In this document: one piece after another, positions 45,657-53,843 of the stretch
Position numbering within the stretch: the stretch's first letter is position 1
Layout: each line of letters opens with the position of its first letter
Notes under the pieces: generated by a model
What the model saw: only the letters and a program-made list of their open reading frames with translations
The model's database searches: none
Told to the model about the DNA's origin: nothing
From: a virus
Taxonomy: Duplodnaviria > Caudoviricetes
IMG/VR virus record: IMGVR_UViG_3300027672_001612
Span: 1-64,000 of that record
Strand: one strand, 5' to 3'
Length of the DNA stretch: 64,000 nt
Translations under genes and position numbers: made by a program

Positions 45657-47543
45657 ATGAAAAAGAAAATTGTTTTAGTTCAACCTAATTTTAAGATAGG
45701 TGGCGGTAGTTTTACCGGTTATTGGTTACCGTACTCTGTAGGTTGTCTTTGGAGTTATGCAAGTCAGCACTCTTGGGTAACAGACGAATTTGAAGTACAA
45801 GACATAATATATAAGAGAGAAGCGCCTGAACAACTAGTTGATAGATTACTAGATTGTACAGTAGCGTTTTTCTCTTGTTATATGTGGAATTGGGAATACA
45901 ACAAATACATAGCCAAAGAACTAAAAAGACGTAACCCAGCGATTGCGATTGTATTCGGTGGACCACAAGTTACAACACGCCCTAAACAGGAAAAATTCTT
46001 CCTAAATCATCCATATGTAGACAGCATTAGCCTTACCGAAGGGGAAGAATCCTTTGTGGCTATACTTGATGCATTAAGGAACGACAATGCTTTACAAGAC
46101 GTCTACGAGGGTCTAAGGCTAGATGATTTAGAGGTACCTAGCCCTTACTTAACTGGCGTATTCGACAAGATTATGGCAGAGTCAGACCCTAACGAACAAT
46201 GGAACGGCACACTAGAAACTAATAGAGGCTGTCCGTTTGCATGTACTTTTTGCGATTGGGGTAGTTTAACGTATGCTAAAATTAAGAAGTTTCCTATGCC
46301 TAAAGTGTTACAAGAGTTAACATGGATGGCAGAGAACAAGATAGACTATGTTACTATTGCTGACGCAAACTTTGGTGTGTTCACAGACAGAGACTTAGAA
46401 GTAACTAACACACTTGTTGACTTACAAAACACATACGGTTATCCAAAAGTTGTAGATGCTACATGGTATAAGAACAGTAGCGATGAAATATTAGAGATTG
46501 TTAAGAAGTTTATTAGCAGTGGATTTAATAGAGGACTAACATTAAGTGTGCAAAGCATGGACATGGATGTTCTAGAAGAGATTAAAAGACGTAACATGGA
46601 AATGTCAGACTTAACTATGATTTTTGACAAGTGTAATAGAGAAGGCATACCAAGTTATACAGAACTTATTTTAGGCTTACCACTAGAAACATTTGAATCT
46701 TGGAAGTCAGGACTATGTGAAGTTATTAAAGCAGGACAACATAATGCTATTGAAAGTTGGTTAGCACAGATGTTAGAAAATGCACACATGAACTTACCAG
46801 AAGAAATTGAGAAGCATGGTATAACTACAGTTGTTGTGGAAAACTATGTTAGTGGATTCGAAGAAGAAGACAACATACCTGAAAAAGTATCATTAGTTAC
46901 CGGCACAAAATATATGCCTAAACCAAAGTTTATTGACAGTTGGTTATATGCATGGGTAGTTAACAACTTCCATAATTATGGTTGGAGTCAAGCACTAGCA
47001 AGAGTTATATATAAATTGAATGGTACTGAGTATGAAGAAACATACGATAAAATGTATCAAGCATGTATAGACGACACTGGCTTAGTTGGTGACCTATTCC
47101 GTACAGCTAAAGAACAACTTACATATTACTTAGAGACAGGTAGAAGTGATGGCGAAGGAAGAGAAAGCTTCAGTGGGCACACATTAATGTGGGAAGCTCA
47201 AAAAGACTTTCACTTGAATAGCAACGCAGTTAAGTCGTTTGTAAAAGAACACATGACTCCAGAGTATTGTAACATGGATCCTGTTATGTACCAATACCTA
47301 TTAGAATTTCAATCCAACTATACAACTGAAGAAAGCACAGACTATCCATTCCAATCAGCACCCGGTTTTAATTTTTATGAATACATAAACAACATAGAGC
47401 CAGAGCTAGTAATGACACTAGAGCCTTACCAATTTAACATAGCAGAAGATGTTAAAGGTGATGAATATTACAATCGACTTTACTTTAGACGTAGACAAGG
47501 TTGGGGCAAAACAATCATTGGCAAAAAACTCACTATAAGTTAA
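45657..47543 (+). CDS. B12-binding-domain radical SAM enzyme
   Basis: GGPQ, EGE, ETNRGCPFACTFCDWG, DANFG, ELILGLP.ET. Confidence 0.92.
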   Translation: MKKKIVLVQPNFKIGGGSFTGYWLPYSVGCLWSYASQHSWVTDEFEVQDIIYKREAPEQLVDRLLDCTVAFFSCYMWNWEYNKYIAKELKRRNPAIAIVFGGPQVTTRPKQEKFFLNHPYVDSISLTEGEESFVAILDALRNDNALQDVYEGLRLDDLEVPSPYLTGVFDKIMAESDPNEQWNGTLETNRGCPFACTFCDWGSLTYAKIKKFPMPKVLQELTWMAENKIDYVTIADANFGVFTDRDLEVTNTLVDLQNTYGYPKVVDATWYKNSSDEILEIVKKFISSGFNRGLTLSVQSMDMDVLEEIKRRNMEMSDLTMIFDKCNREGIPSYTELILGLPLETFESWKSGLCEVIKAGQHNAIESWLAQMLENAHMNLPEEIEKHGITTVVVENYVSGFEEEDNIPEKVSLVTGTKYMPKPKFIDSWLYAWVVNNFHNYGWSQALARVIYKLNGTEYEETYDKMYQACIDDTGLVGDLFRTAKEQLTYYLETGRSDGEGRESFSGHTLMWEAQKDFHLNSNAVKSFVKEHMTPEYCNMDPVMYQYLLEFQSNYTTEESTDYPFQSAPGFNFYEYINNIEPELVMTLEPYQFNIAEDVKGDEYYNRLYFRRRQGWGKTIIGKKLTIS

Positions 47544-47560
47544 CACATCTTTTAATATTG

Positions 47561-47568
47561 TATAAATA
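47561..47568 (+). promoter_or_regulatory. T4-late-type promoter
   Basis: TATAAATA. Confidence 0.75.
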
Positions 47569-47572
47569 CAAC

Positions 47573-47752
47573 GGAAGTTAAGCAATCCCCCTTCCACAAG
47601 AGGACGGTTGATATAGGTGTCGGTTGTTCCGGTGAGTATCCGGTGTAGTTTCGCAATATGACAGACAGCATTACGAGCCTATGAGTACTATAAAAGTTAA
47701 GGAACTTTAACCCCTCAGCATTGTCCGTAAGGAGATGTGAATTTGGGTGCTA
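47573..47752 (+). ncRNA. Candidate large structured leader RNA
   Basis: Nested stems GGAAG/CTTCC, GAGG/CCTC, ATAGG/CCTAT, TGTC/GACA, CCGG/CCGG, GTTAAGG/CTTTAAC, TCC-GTAA-GGA. Confidence 0.55.
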
Positions 47753-47781
47753 ATTAAAATATTAGACTCAAGGAGAGTAAA

Positions 47782-47958
47782 ATGACAAGTATTATTTTAA
47801 ATACGAAGTCATTCTTTCAAAATATTGCAAACAGTTGGACCGGATTCAAAGACAATTATTGTCCTGAAGGTCAAACTTGCAATGACATTGCTACTATAGG
47901 TGGACTTATTTTCACTGTATGGTTTATGTACATTGCTATGGAACCAATACTGAGATAG
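47782..47958 (+). CDS. 58-aa membrane peptide (not in the track)
   Basis: AAGGAG SD; MTSIILNTKS..YCPEGQTC..GGLIFTVWFMYIAMEPILR*. Confidence 0.75.
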   Translation: MTSIILNTKSFFQNIANSWTGFKDNYCPEGQTCNDIATIGGLIFTVWFMYIAMEPILR

Positions 47959-48021
47959 AATTAGACTGAATATACTATAACTATAAAACATGAATATCTT
48001 TAGGATATTCTCCCAAGTTTT

Positions 48022-48050
48022 AGGGTTCGCGGTTGCGGACCCTTTTTTTT
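48022..48050 (+). terminator. Terminator
   Basis: AGGGTTCGC-GGTT-GCGGACCCTTTTTTTT. Confidence 0.85.
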
Positions 48051-48140
48051 GGCTAAAATTTGTATAAATACTTACTCTATAAGGACTCGGAGTCTTTTTG
48101 GGAAAACAAACACAGTAGGATGTGTACACAGGAGTAAAGT

Positions 48141-48932
48141 ATGGGATGGTTAGCAAATTGTTCTGAGTCAGAACGTGCCAGCATTTTGGCAAAACTGGCA
48201 GGTAGAGCTTATCTAAATGAAGCGGAATTAAAAGCCACAGAAAAAACATTAAAGATGCAAAGGTCGAAAGCAAAATTTATTAAAGACGGAGACGCAGAAG
48301 CGTGGGTATTTATTACTCGTGACGATGCTATTATTGTAAGTTGTAGAGGAACAGAGCCAACTAAGTTCAGCGATATACTAGCAGACTTAAAAACAATACC
48401 AGTTAGGCACCCTAGGGCCGGAAGAGTGCATCAAGGATTCAAAGAGTATTCAGATTTAGTATTCGACGAAATTGTAACACATGTTAAGAAAATGCGTAAG
48501 AAAGACGAAAACGTATTTGTGGTAGGGCATAGTTTAGGTGGAGCGATGGCAGTACTAGTAGCAGAAGGATTATCTGATGCTGGCGTACCTGTTAAAGAGC
48601 TAAGAACATTTGGTCAGCCTAGAGTAGGAAATAGAGCATTCAGAAGACATTTAGAAGGTTGTGATATAGGACGTTATATACGTTATGTTAATAATAACGA
48701 TATAGTACCTAGTGTTCCACCTTCAGCATTTGGCTTTGTACACGGCGGTAACTTGCATTACATAAACAGTTGGGGTCTTATTAGAGACATGACTGTATGG
48801 CAAAGAATGAAAGATGGTTGGAGAGGATTTTGGGCGGCTTGTAAGCAGTTTAAATTCTTTGATTTTGTAGCAGATCATGGCATGCCTAATTATGTAGAGA
48901 AGTCCGGTAACATTGCTAAGTTGGATAAATAG
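48141..48932 (+). CDS. Class 3 lipase
   Basis: CRGTE, VHQGF, GHSLGGA, TFGQPRVGN, DIVP, DH; TATAAATA at 48063. Confidence 0.92.
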   Translation: MGWLANCSESERASILAKLAGRAYLNEAELKATEKTLKMQRSKAKFIKDGDAEAWVFITRDDAIIVSCRGTEPTKFSDILADLKTIPVRHPRAGRVHQGFKEYSDLVFDEIVTHVKKMRKKDENVFVVGHSLGGAMAVLVAEGLSDAGVPVKELRTFGQPRVGNRAFRRHLEGCDIGRYIRYVNNNDIVPSVPPSAFGFVHGGNLHYINSWGLIRDMTVWQRMKDGWRGFWAACKQFKFFDFVADHGMPNYVEKSGNIAKLDK

Positions 48933-48960
48933 TATAGTAATATATTACGGAGATATCAAG

Positions 48961-49125
48961 ATGGTAGAGTATATCAAAAATAGAATTAAAGAAAGAACTA
49001 GTTGGGATGGTGGTGTTATAATCGCTATGTCTCTAGCAATAATCTTGTTCGGTGGTCTTGTTAAAATAGCGGCGTGGGCCGGTTTAGCATATGGCATCTG
49101 GGCAATAGTACAAAAAGAGGATTAA
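48961..49125 (+). CDS. Small two-TM protein (holin-like)
   Basis: RIKERTSWDG plus two hydrophobic segments; GGAG SD. Confidence 0.6.
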   Translation: MVEYIKNRIKERTSWDGGVIIAMSLAIILFGGLVKIAAWAGLAYGIWAIVQKED

Positions 49126-49129
49126 TTAA

Positions 49130-49552
49130 ATGGCAAGTTTTGCACAAGAAAAAGAAATGAAGGCACACTTACTATTAATAGCAGAAGCAGGAACTTATGC
49201 TGGTTACTTCAGTCAAGGAACAAACGCGGACGGAGACGTAAGCACATTTTACCTTACTACTGATAGTGATAAAGCGGCGGCTGACACATTGTTAGATGCC
49301 AAAGTTGCAGAGCTTACAGCTAATGATATAGGTGGAGAAACAGCAGGCGGCGAAGGTCCTAGTGAATTCGACGGTTTCACTCCTATTCATTATGACGATG
49401 ATGTGGCTGGCAGTGATTATAGAACATGGTTTGTTAAAGATGCAGACGGTGAATACTATAAAACAGATAACGGAAACAGCGACAACCTTGCTCAAATTTC
49501 CGATGCTGATGAGATCACAACACTAATTACAGACAGCGGCTATATAGCTTAA
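49130..49552 (+). CDS. Acidic hypothetical protein
   Basis: GAGG SD, 140 aa. Confidence 0.7.
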   Translation: MASFAQEKEMKAHLLLIAEAGTYAGYFSQGTNADGDVSTFYLTTDSDKAAADTLLDAKVAELTANDIGGETAGGEGPSEFDGFTPIHYDDDVAGSDYRTWFVKDADGEYYKTDNGNSDNLAQISDADEITTLITDSGYIA

Positions 49553-49657
49553 ATTTTTTCGTAATGGGCAAAAGACTCTGCAGGTCCTAGCCCTTTACAC
49601 CCTTCACTACATACCAGTAATACTACACGATTAGCCTAGTCCTAGGTTAAATACATA

Positions 49658-49686
49658 TTGACAACAGACAATAAAGGTAGTACAAT
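49658..49686 (+). promoter_or_regulatory. Leaderless sigma70 promoter of sufE (26/29 nt identical to the sufC promoter)
   Basis: TTGACA-N17-TACAAT-N6-ATG. Confidence 0.75.
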
Positions 49687-49692
49687 AACACC

Positions 49693-50079
49693 ATGCACAA
49701 AGAAGAAGACTTACAGTTTCTAAACGAGTTAGAACCTAGCGAACTTTACGATTATATCGTAGAGCGTGGGGACAACATAGTTGAGTCCAAAGAGGACCTT
49801 ACAGCACTATGCACAAACGAACATAGAGTGTATGGCTGTCAAAGCCTTGTGTGGGTTGCAAGAAACGATAACGACTGGCAATGGGAAAGTAATGCATATT
49901 TTGTGCAAGGCTTAATTAACATTGTTATGACTCATGTAGTTAACATGACAGATGAAGAGATTGCTGAACTAGAGTTAAGCAAATTTGAATTTATTTGTGG
50001 TGAGAAAGTAACATGGGGAAGGGTAAGAGGCATTGAAAGTTTCTTGCAAAAATTAAAAACAATAGTAACGGAGAAATAA
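49693..50079 (+). CDS. sufE: Sulfur acceptor SufE
   Basis: RVYGCQSLVWV, ESNAYFVQGL, R.RG. Confidence 0.85.
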   Translation: MHKEEDLQFLNELEPSELYDYIVERGDNIVESKEDLTALCTNEHRVYGCQSLVWVARNDNDWQWESNAYFVQGLINIVMTHVVNMTDEEIAELELSKFEFICGEKVTWGRVRGIESFLQKLKTIVTEK

Positions 50080-50667
50080 ATGAATTTTGTACCATATGTA
50101 ATAGAGAAGACATCACAAGGCGAACGTAGTTACGACATCTACAGTAGATTGCTCAAAGAAAGAATAGTATTTTTAAATGGTGAGGTGAACGATGCAGTAT
50201 CAAATAGTATTTGTGCTCAGTTCCTATTCCTAGAAGCAGACGATCCTGACGCTGATATTAATTTTTACATTAACTCTCCTGGTGGAGCAGTAACTAGTGG
50301 CATGGCTATATACGATACTATGCAATACATTAAACCCGCTGTAAGCACTATTGTAATGGGACAAGCGGCTAGTATGGGTTCATTCCTTGCTAATGCTGGC
50401 GCTCCTGGTAAACGTTTTATGTTACCTAATGCTAGGCACATGATACATCAGCCATTAGGCGGTGCAAGTGGACAAGCAAGTGACATTGAAATCCGTGCTA
50501 AAGAGATTGTTCGTATTAAGAAAGAACTTACTGATATATACGTTAAGCATAACAACAAGGGCAAAACTTACGAAATATTTGAGAAAGCTATGGATAGAGA
50601 CAACTTTTTGTCCAGTTCAGAAGCACTCGAAATGGGCCTTGTTGACGAAATTATTGAACAAAGATAG
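50080..50667 (+). CDS. clpP: Clp protease proteolytic subunit
   Basis: [32 protein letters not shown]. Confidence 0.97.
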   Translation: MNFVPYVIEKTSQGERSYDIYSRLLKERIVFLNGEVNDAVSNSICAQFLFLEADDPDADINFYINSPGGAVTSGMAIYDTMQYIKPAVSTIVMGQAASMGSFLANAGAPGKRFMLPNARHMIHQPLGGASGQASDIEIRAKEIVRIKKELTDIYVKHNNKGKTYEIFEKAMDRDNFLSSSEALEMGLVDEIIEQR

Positions 50668-50679
50668 ATAAGTAATAGT

Positions 50680-51042
50680 ATGGAATTATTAAAAACATTC
50701 AATCCAGACAACGTTATTACATTTACAGAATCTGCAACAGAACATCTAGTATCACAGGTAAAAGCCAGTGAAGGCGCAATTGGTGTAAGTCTTGGGCTAA
50801 TGCCTAATGGCTGTGCAGGGTTTGAATACAAATGGGATATAGTTACTGAAGTAGAAGACGGTTATAAAGAACACATGATAGGTCCTTACTTGTTTCTGTT
50901 AGATGAGAAAAGTGAAGACTTCCTTGCAGGCAGTGAAGTAGACTTAGTTAATGAAGGATTAAAAGGGAAGACACTAGTAGTTAAGTCTCCAAAAGCATCC
51001 GGAGAGTGTGGGTGCGGGGAGTCGGTAACATTTGATGTCTGA
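50680..51042 (+). CDS. sufA: A-type Fe-S carrier (SufA/IscA)
   Basis: GCAGFEY ... CGCGES; TAAGTA-N5-ATG. Confidence 0.9.
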   Translation: MELLKTFNPDNVITFTESATEHLVSQVKASEGAIGVSLGLMPNGCAGFEYKWDIVTEVEDGYKEHMIGPYLFLLDEKSEDFLAGSEVDLVNEGLKGKTLVVKSPKASGECGCGESVTFDV

Positions 51043-51913
51043 ACTTAATTTTATTGAATACAATGTCAACAAAGAAGAGTTTAGCCCATCAGATATAGTT
51101 ATAGCACTTCGTGGATTAGGCTTTCAACAAATTAGCGAAGCAAACAATGCCTTAGCAACAATGTGGGCTTGTAATAGTTGTATCATATTATTAAGTTTAA
51201 AAGACGATTTGCCTACAGGGTTAAGTGGATTTGGATTGAACATGCCAAATGCTCCAGACGGTAGTAAGCATTGTGAAACAACCGGCTTAAACTTATGGAA
51301 AGATCCTAACGGCTTAAACGTTTACTCATACCCAGTAGAAGATTTTAGAACAGTATTTGACCAAAAGTTTACTATGCGTGGTACTGCTGGAACAGACGAT
51401 GCTTTGCAATACTTTGCAGGATTTGTTTACAAGTGCAATCAAATAGAAACTAGAAACATTTACATAGATCAATTAAAACTAAAACCAGTTAAATCTACAG
51501 AGAACTATATTACTACAGTTTGCAGTAAGAATAGATTTAATGTGGTATGGGATTTAAACAGTCATGATAACGTAGTAAGTCAACTTACTATTGTTACTGA
51601 AGACATTGCTGATGTAACTGCTAAAATGATTGGCAGAGGCTTTGATAGTAACGGAATTACAACAGAGCGTAAAGAAGAAATACGAAGCAAATACCAAACA
51701 CAAGAGCAGGCAGGATTCCCACCAACACATTTTGTTGAAGCATGGGACTTAAATTTAGGCGGCAAAGAAAAGAGTTTTGTACTCGAGAAAATGTTTGAAA
51801 ATGCATTGCCTAACTTAAATATAGTAATGCAACAAAGAAACAACCATAACGGGTTTAGTGAAGAAACTTTACTATACTATTCAGAACAGGCATTACCAGA
51901 GCTAACAGCATGA
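51032..51913 (+). CDS. Degenerate HPPD/VOC-fold protein
   Basis: FIEY..LGF, DPNG, TEDI..K..RG, QQR...GF echo HPPD blocks. Confidence 0.5.
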   Translation: MMSELNFIEYNVNKEEFSPSDIVIALRGLGFQQISEANNALATMWACNSCIILLSLKDDLPTGLSGFGLNMPNAPDGSKHCETTGLNLWKDPNGLNVYSYPVEDFRTVFDQKFTMRGTAGTDDALQYFAGFVYKCNQIETRNIYIDQLKLKPVKSTENYITTVCSKNRFNVVWDLNSHDNVVSQLTIVTEDIADVTAKMIGRGFDSNGITTERKEEIRSKYQTQEQAGFPPTHFVEAWDLNLGGKEKSFVLEKMFENALPNLNIVMQQRNNHNGFSEETLLYYSEQALPELTA

Positions 51914-52245
51914 ACAGTATAATCGAAAAAGCGTTAAATACCAGCCGGTGTGTAGCAGAGTTTGGCAAAGAGTTTGGCGAAACTAAAGTAGGTGAACGTA
52001 GTGAATTGTTTTTAAAGTTATGGGACAAGTGGGGCAACAATGCAGTTATTTTCCCTAAAAACATATTACAACCAGTTACTATGCCGTACAATAGAGCATC
52101 CTGGCATATGATAAAATCTGAGATGGGTGTTAAAGCATTTGCAGAAAAACATAACATAGCAGAATTTTACGAATATCAAGTTCGAGGCAGTGAAGTTAGA
52201 TTTAAATGTGAAGACACAGCATTGTTATACAGGTTACAATTATGA
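51910..52245 (+). CDS. Hypothetical protein
   Basis: ATGA-coupled ORF. Confidence 0.7.
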   Translation: MNSIIEKALNTSRCVAEFGKEFGETKVGERSELFLKLWDKWGNNAVIFPKNILQPVTMPYNRASWHMIKSEMGVKAFAEKHNIAEFYEYQVRGSEVRFKCEDTALLYRLQL

Positions 52246-52580
52246 ATCCATTAATAGATTACACAACAAAGACTACAGACGAGTTATCAGAACTTAATAA
52301 AAAGTACACTAAACAATTATATAGTCTTAGTGGAGACCACCCTTTATACAATCATGTTTTAAGTCTTAGAGAAGATGTACAATTTGAATACGGCGAACGT
52401 ATGCAAATGGCTATGCATAAAGAAACACTAAAGAAAGAACCAGCACAAGTTATAAATATAGGCGAGATAGAATCAACCACCTATGGTTATCAACCAGATG
52501 ATGACTCATTGTTTATCAAAGCAGTCGCCGACACCTACACAAAGAGAAAACCTAATGAAGACGATACATCTAAAATCTGA
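52242..52580 (+). CDS. Hypothetical protein
   Basis: ATGA-coupled ORF. Confidence 0.7.
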   Translation: MNPLIDYTTKTTDELSELNKKYTKQLYSLSGDHPLYNHVLSLREDVQFEYGERMQMAMHKETLKKEPAQVINIGEIESTTYGYQPDDDSLFIKAVADTYTKRKPNEDDTSKI

Positions 52581-53304
52581 TAAAGATATAAACTTAATAG
52601 CGATAACAGAACAACCAGGCACAGACGAGATAGATGCCTTAGATCATTTTAAGTTTACAATAACATACACTATGTTTGTTTCACAGCACAACGAAGCTAG
52701 TATCGAAGAATTAAGTGTTGCACAAAATATCAGCTATCAAAAAATTAATTACTTCTTAGGAAACTATGTAGACAACAGCATATGGTATGATAAAATAGGG
52801 CAGGATATGATTGATAATCATTTTTCAACTACTAAGAATTTACTATTAGTAACACCTACTATAAATGTTACTTACTTAGGCAATTGCTTGTTTAGAAAGT
52901 TAAATGCACTATGTAAGGAAAATGTATATGTTGATGGCATAAGTGTTAAGGATTGGGGTACTAACCTAACATACTCTTACAGAACAGATGAGCCAGAAGA
53001 AGGCATACACATACTACCAACCAACGACGAATGGATGGGAGAATTTAGTATTTACGATACTCCATGGTGGGATCGTGACAGCATTAGTGCATACGATTAT
53101 GCATGTAGAAGTTCTGAAGACCTAGCAGAAGTTAAAGAAGTACTAAAAGAAGAGGGGCAGATTATGGGTAACGATTTTCAATTAATTGAAGACGAAGTTA
53201 TCAAGCAAATGCGAACAAATGACCCCGCAATGTTTAGTGAGAAGAAAGGCGAAATAATTGAAGTTGACTTTAAATCGAGATCCGCACCTAAAAAGGTTGA
53301 CTAA
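52555..53304 (+). CDS. Hypothetical protein preceding the DnaE fragment
   Basis: Long ORF; start probably ATG 52555. Confidence 0.7.
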   Translation: MKTIHLKSDKDINLIAITEQPGTDEIDALDHFKFTITYTMFVSQHNEASIEELSVAQNISYQKINYFLGNYVDNSIWYDKIGQDMIDNHFSTTKNLLLVTPTINVTYLGNCLFRKLNALCKENVYVDGISVKDWGTNLTYSYRTDEPEEGIHILPTNDEWMGEFSIYDTPWWDRDSISAYDYACRSSEDLAEVKEVLKEEGQIMGNDFQLIEDEVIKQMRTNDPAMFSEKKGEIIEVDFKSRSAPKKVD

Positions 53305-53325
53305 TCCACACAACTACTATATACT
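53297..53325 (+). promoter_or_regulatory. Leaderless sigma70 promoter
   Basis: AAAAAGG-TTGACT-N17-TATACT-N6-ATG. Confidence 0.7.
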
Positions 53326-53331
53326 ACTTAA

Positions 53332-53841
53332 ATGTTAGACAAACATCAAAGATATCTAAGCGATGAGACTACCGGCATGGAAATGCTGTATCACAATGCT
53401 GATATTAACAAAGTAGAGTTCCTGCATACCGATGATATTACTAAGTTTAACAAGTTTGCTGAAGAACTTGGCATAAAGAAACTGGAAATTTTAGGTGATG
53501 ACGACTTCGACAGGATAAATACATACATAATTCCACAACACTATAAAGAGTTAGATGTTGAGAGTTATGTAAGACAGCTAATTCCAAACGGAGTGGACCG
53601 CACTGATAACGCGGAGACCAGTCAAAGAGTTGAAATGGAACTAGCACTATATAAAGAAAGAGGATTACTTCCTATACTACAAGTGTTAATATATATTGTT
53701 GACACATTGCGTAAATTTAATTTAGTATGGGGTGTTGGAAGAGGCAGTAGTGTAGCAAGTTATATACTCTACTTAATTGGGATTCATAAAGTTGATTCTC
53801 TGAAATATAATTTAGATATAAAGGAATTCCTTAAGAGGTAA
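53332..53841 (+). CDS. Stand-alone fragment of DNA polymerase III alpha (split DnaE)
   Basis: RVEMEL..GVGRGSSVASYILYLIGIHKVDSLKYNL.F; ends before the catalytic PDID motif. Confidence 0.85.
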   Translation: MLDKHQRYLSDETTGMEMLYHNADINKVEFLHTDDITKFNKFAEELGIKKLEILGDDDFDRINTYIIPQHYKELDVESYVRQLIPNGVDRTDNAETSQRVEMELALYKERGLLPILQVLIYIVDTLRKFNLVWGVGRGSSVASYILYLIGIHKVDSLKYNLDIKEFLKR

Positions 53842-53843
53842 TA

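Noticed and set aside
47570-47600. glnA glutamine riboswitch-like ACGGAAGT
   Set aside because: It lacks the flanking CGTT/AACG P1 and the GAAGGAACG segment
1370-48140. ACAC..GGAG leaders as CsrA sites (about 1378, 3470, 7378, 30335, 43638, 48126)
   Set aside because: Cannot be told apart from ordinary SD sequences with unstructured AC-rich spacers
49555-49650. Intergenic stretch with repeated CCTAG
   Set aside because: No convincing fold, ORF or promoter could be built by eye
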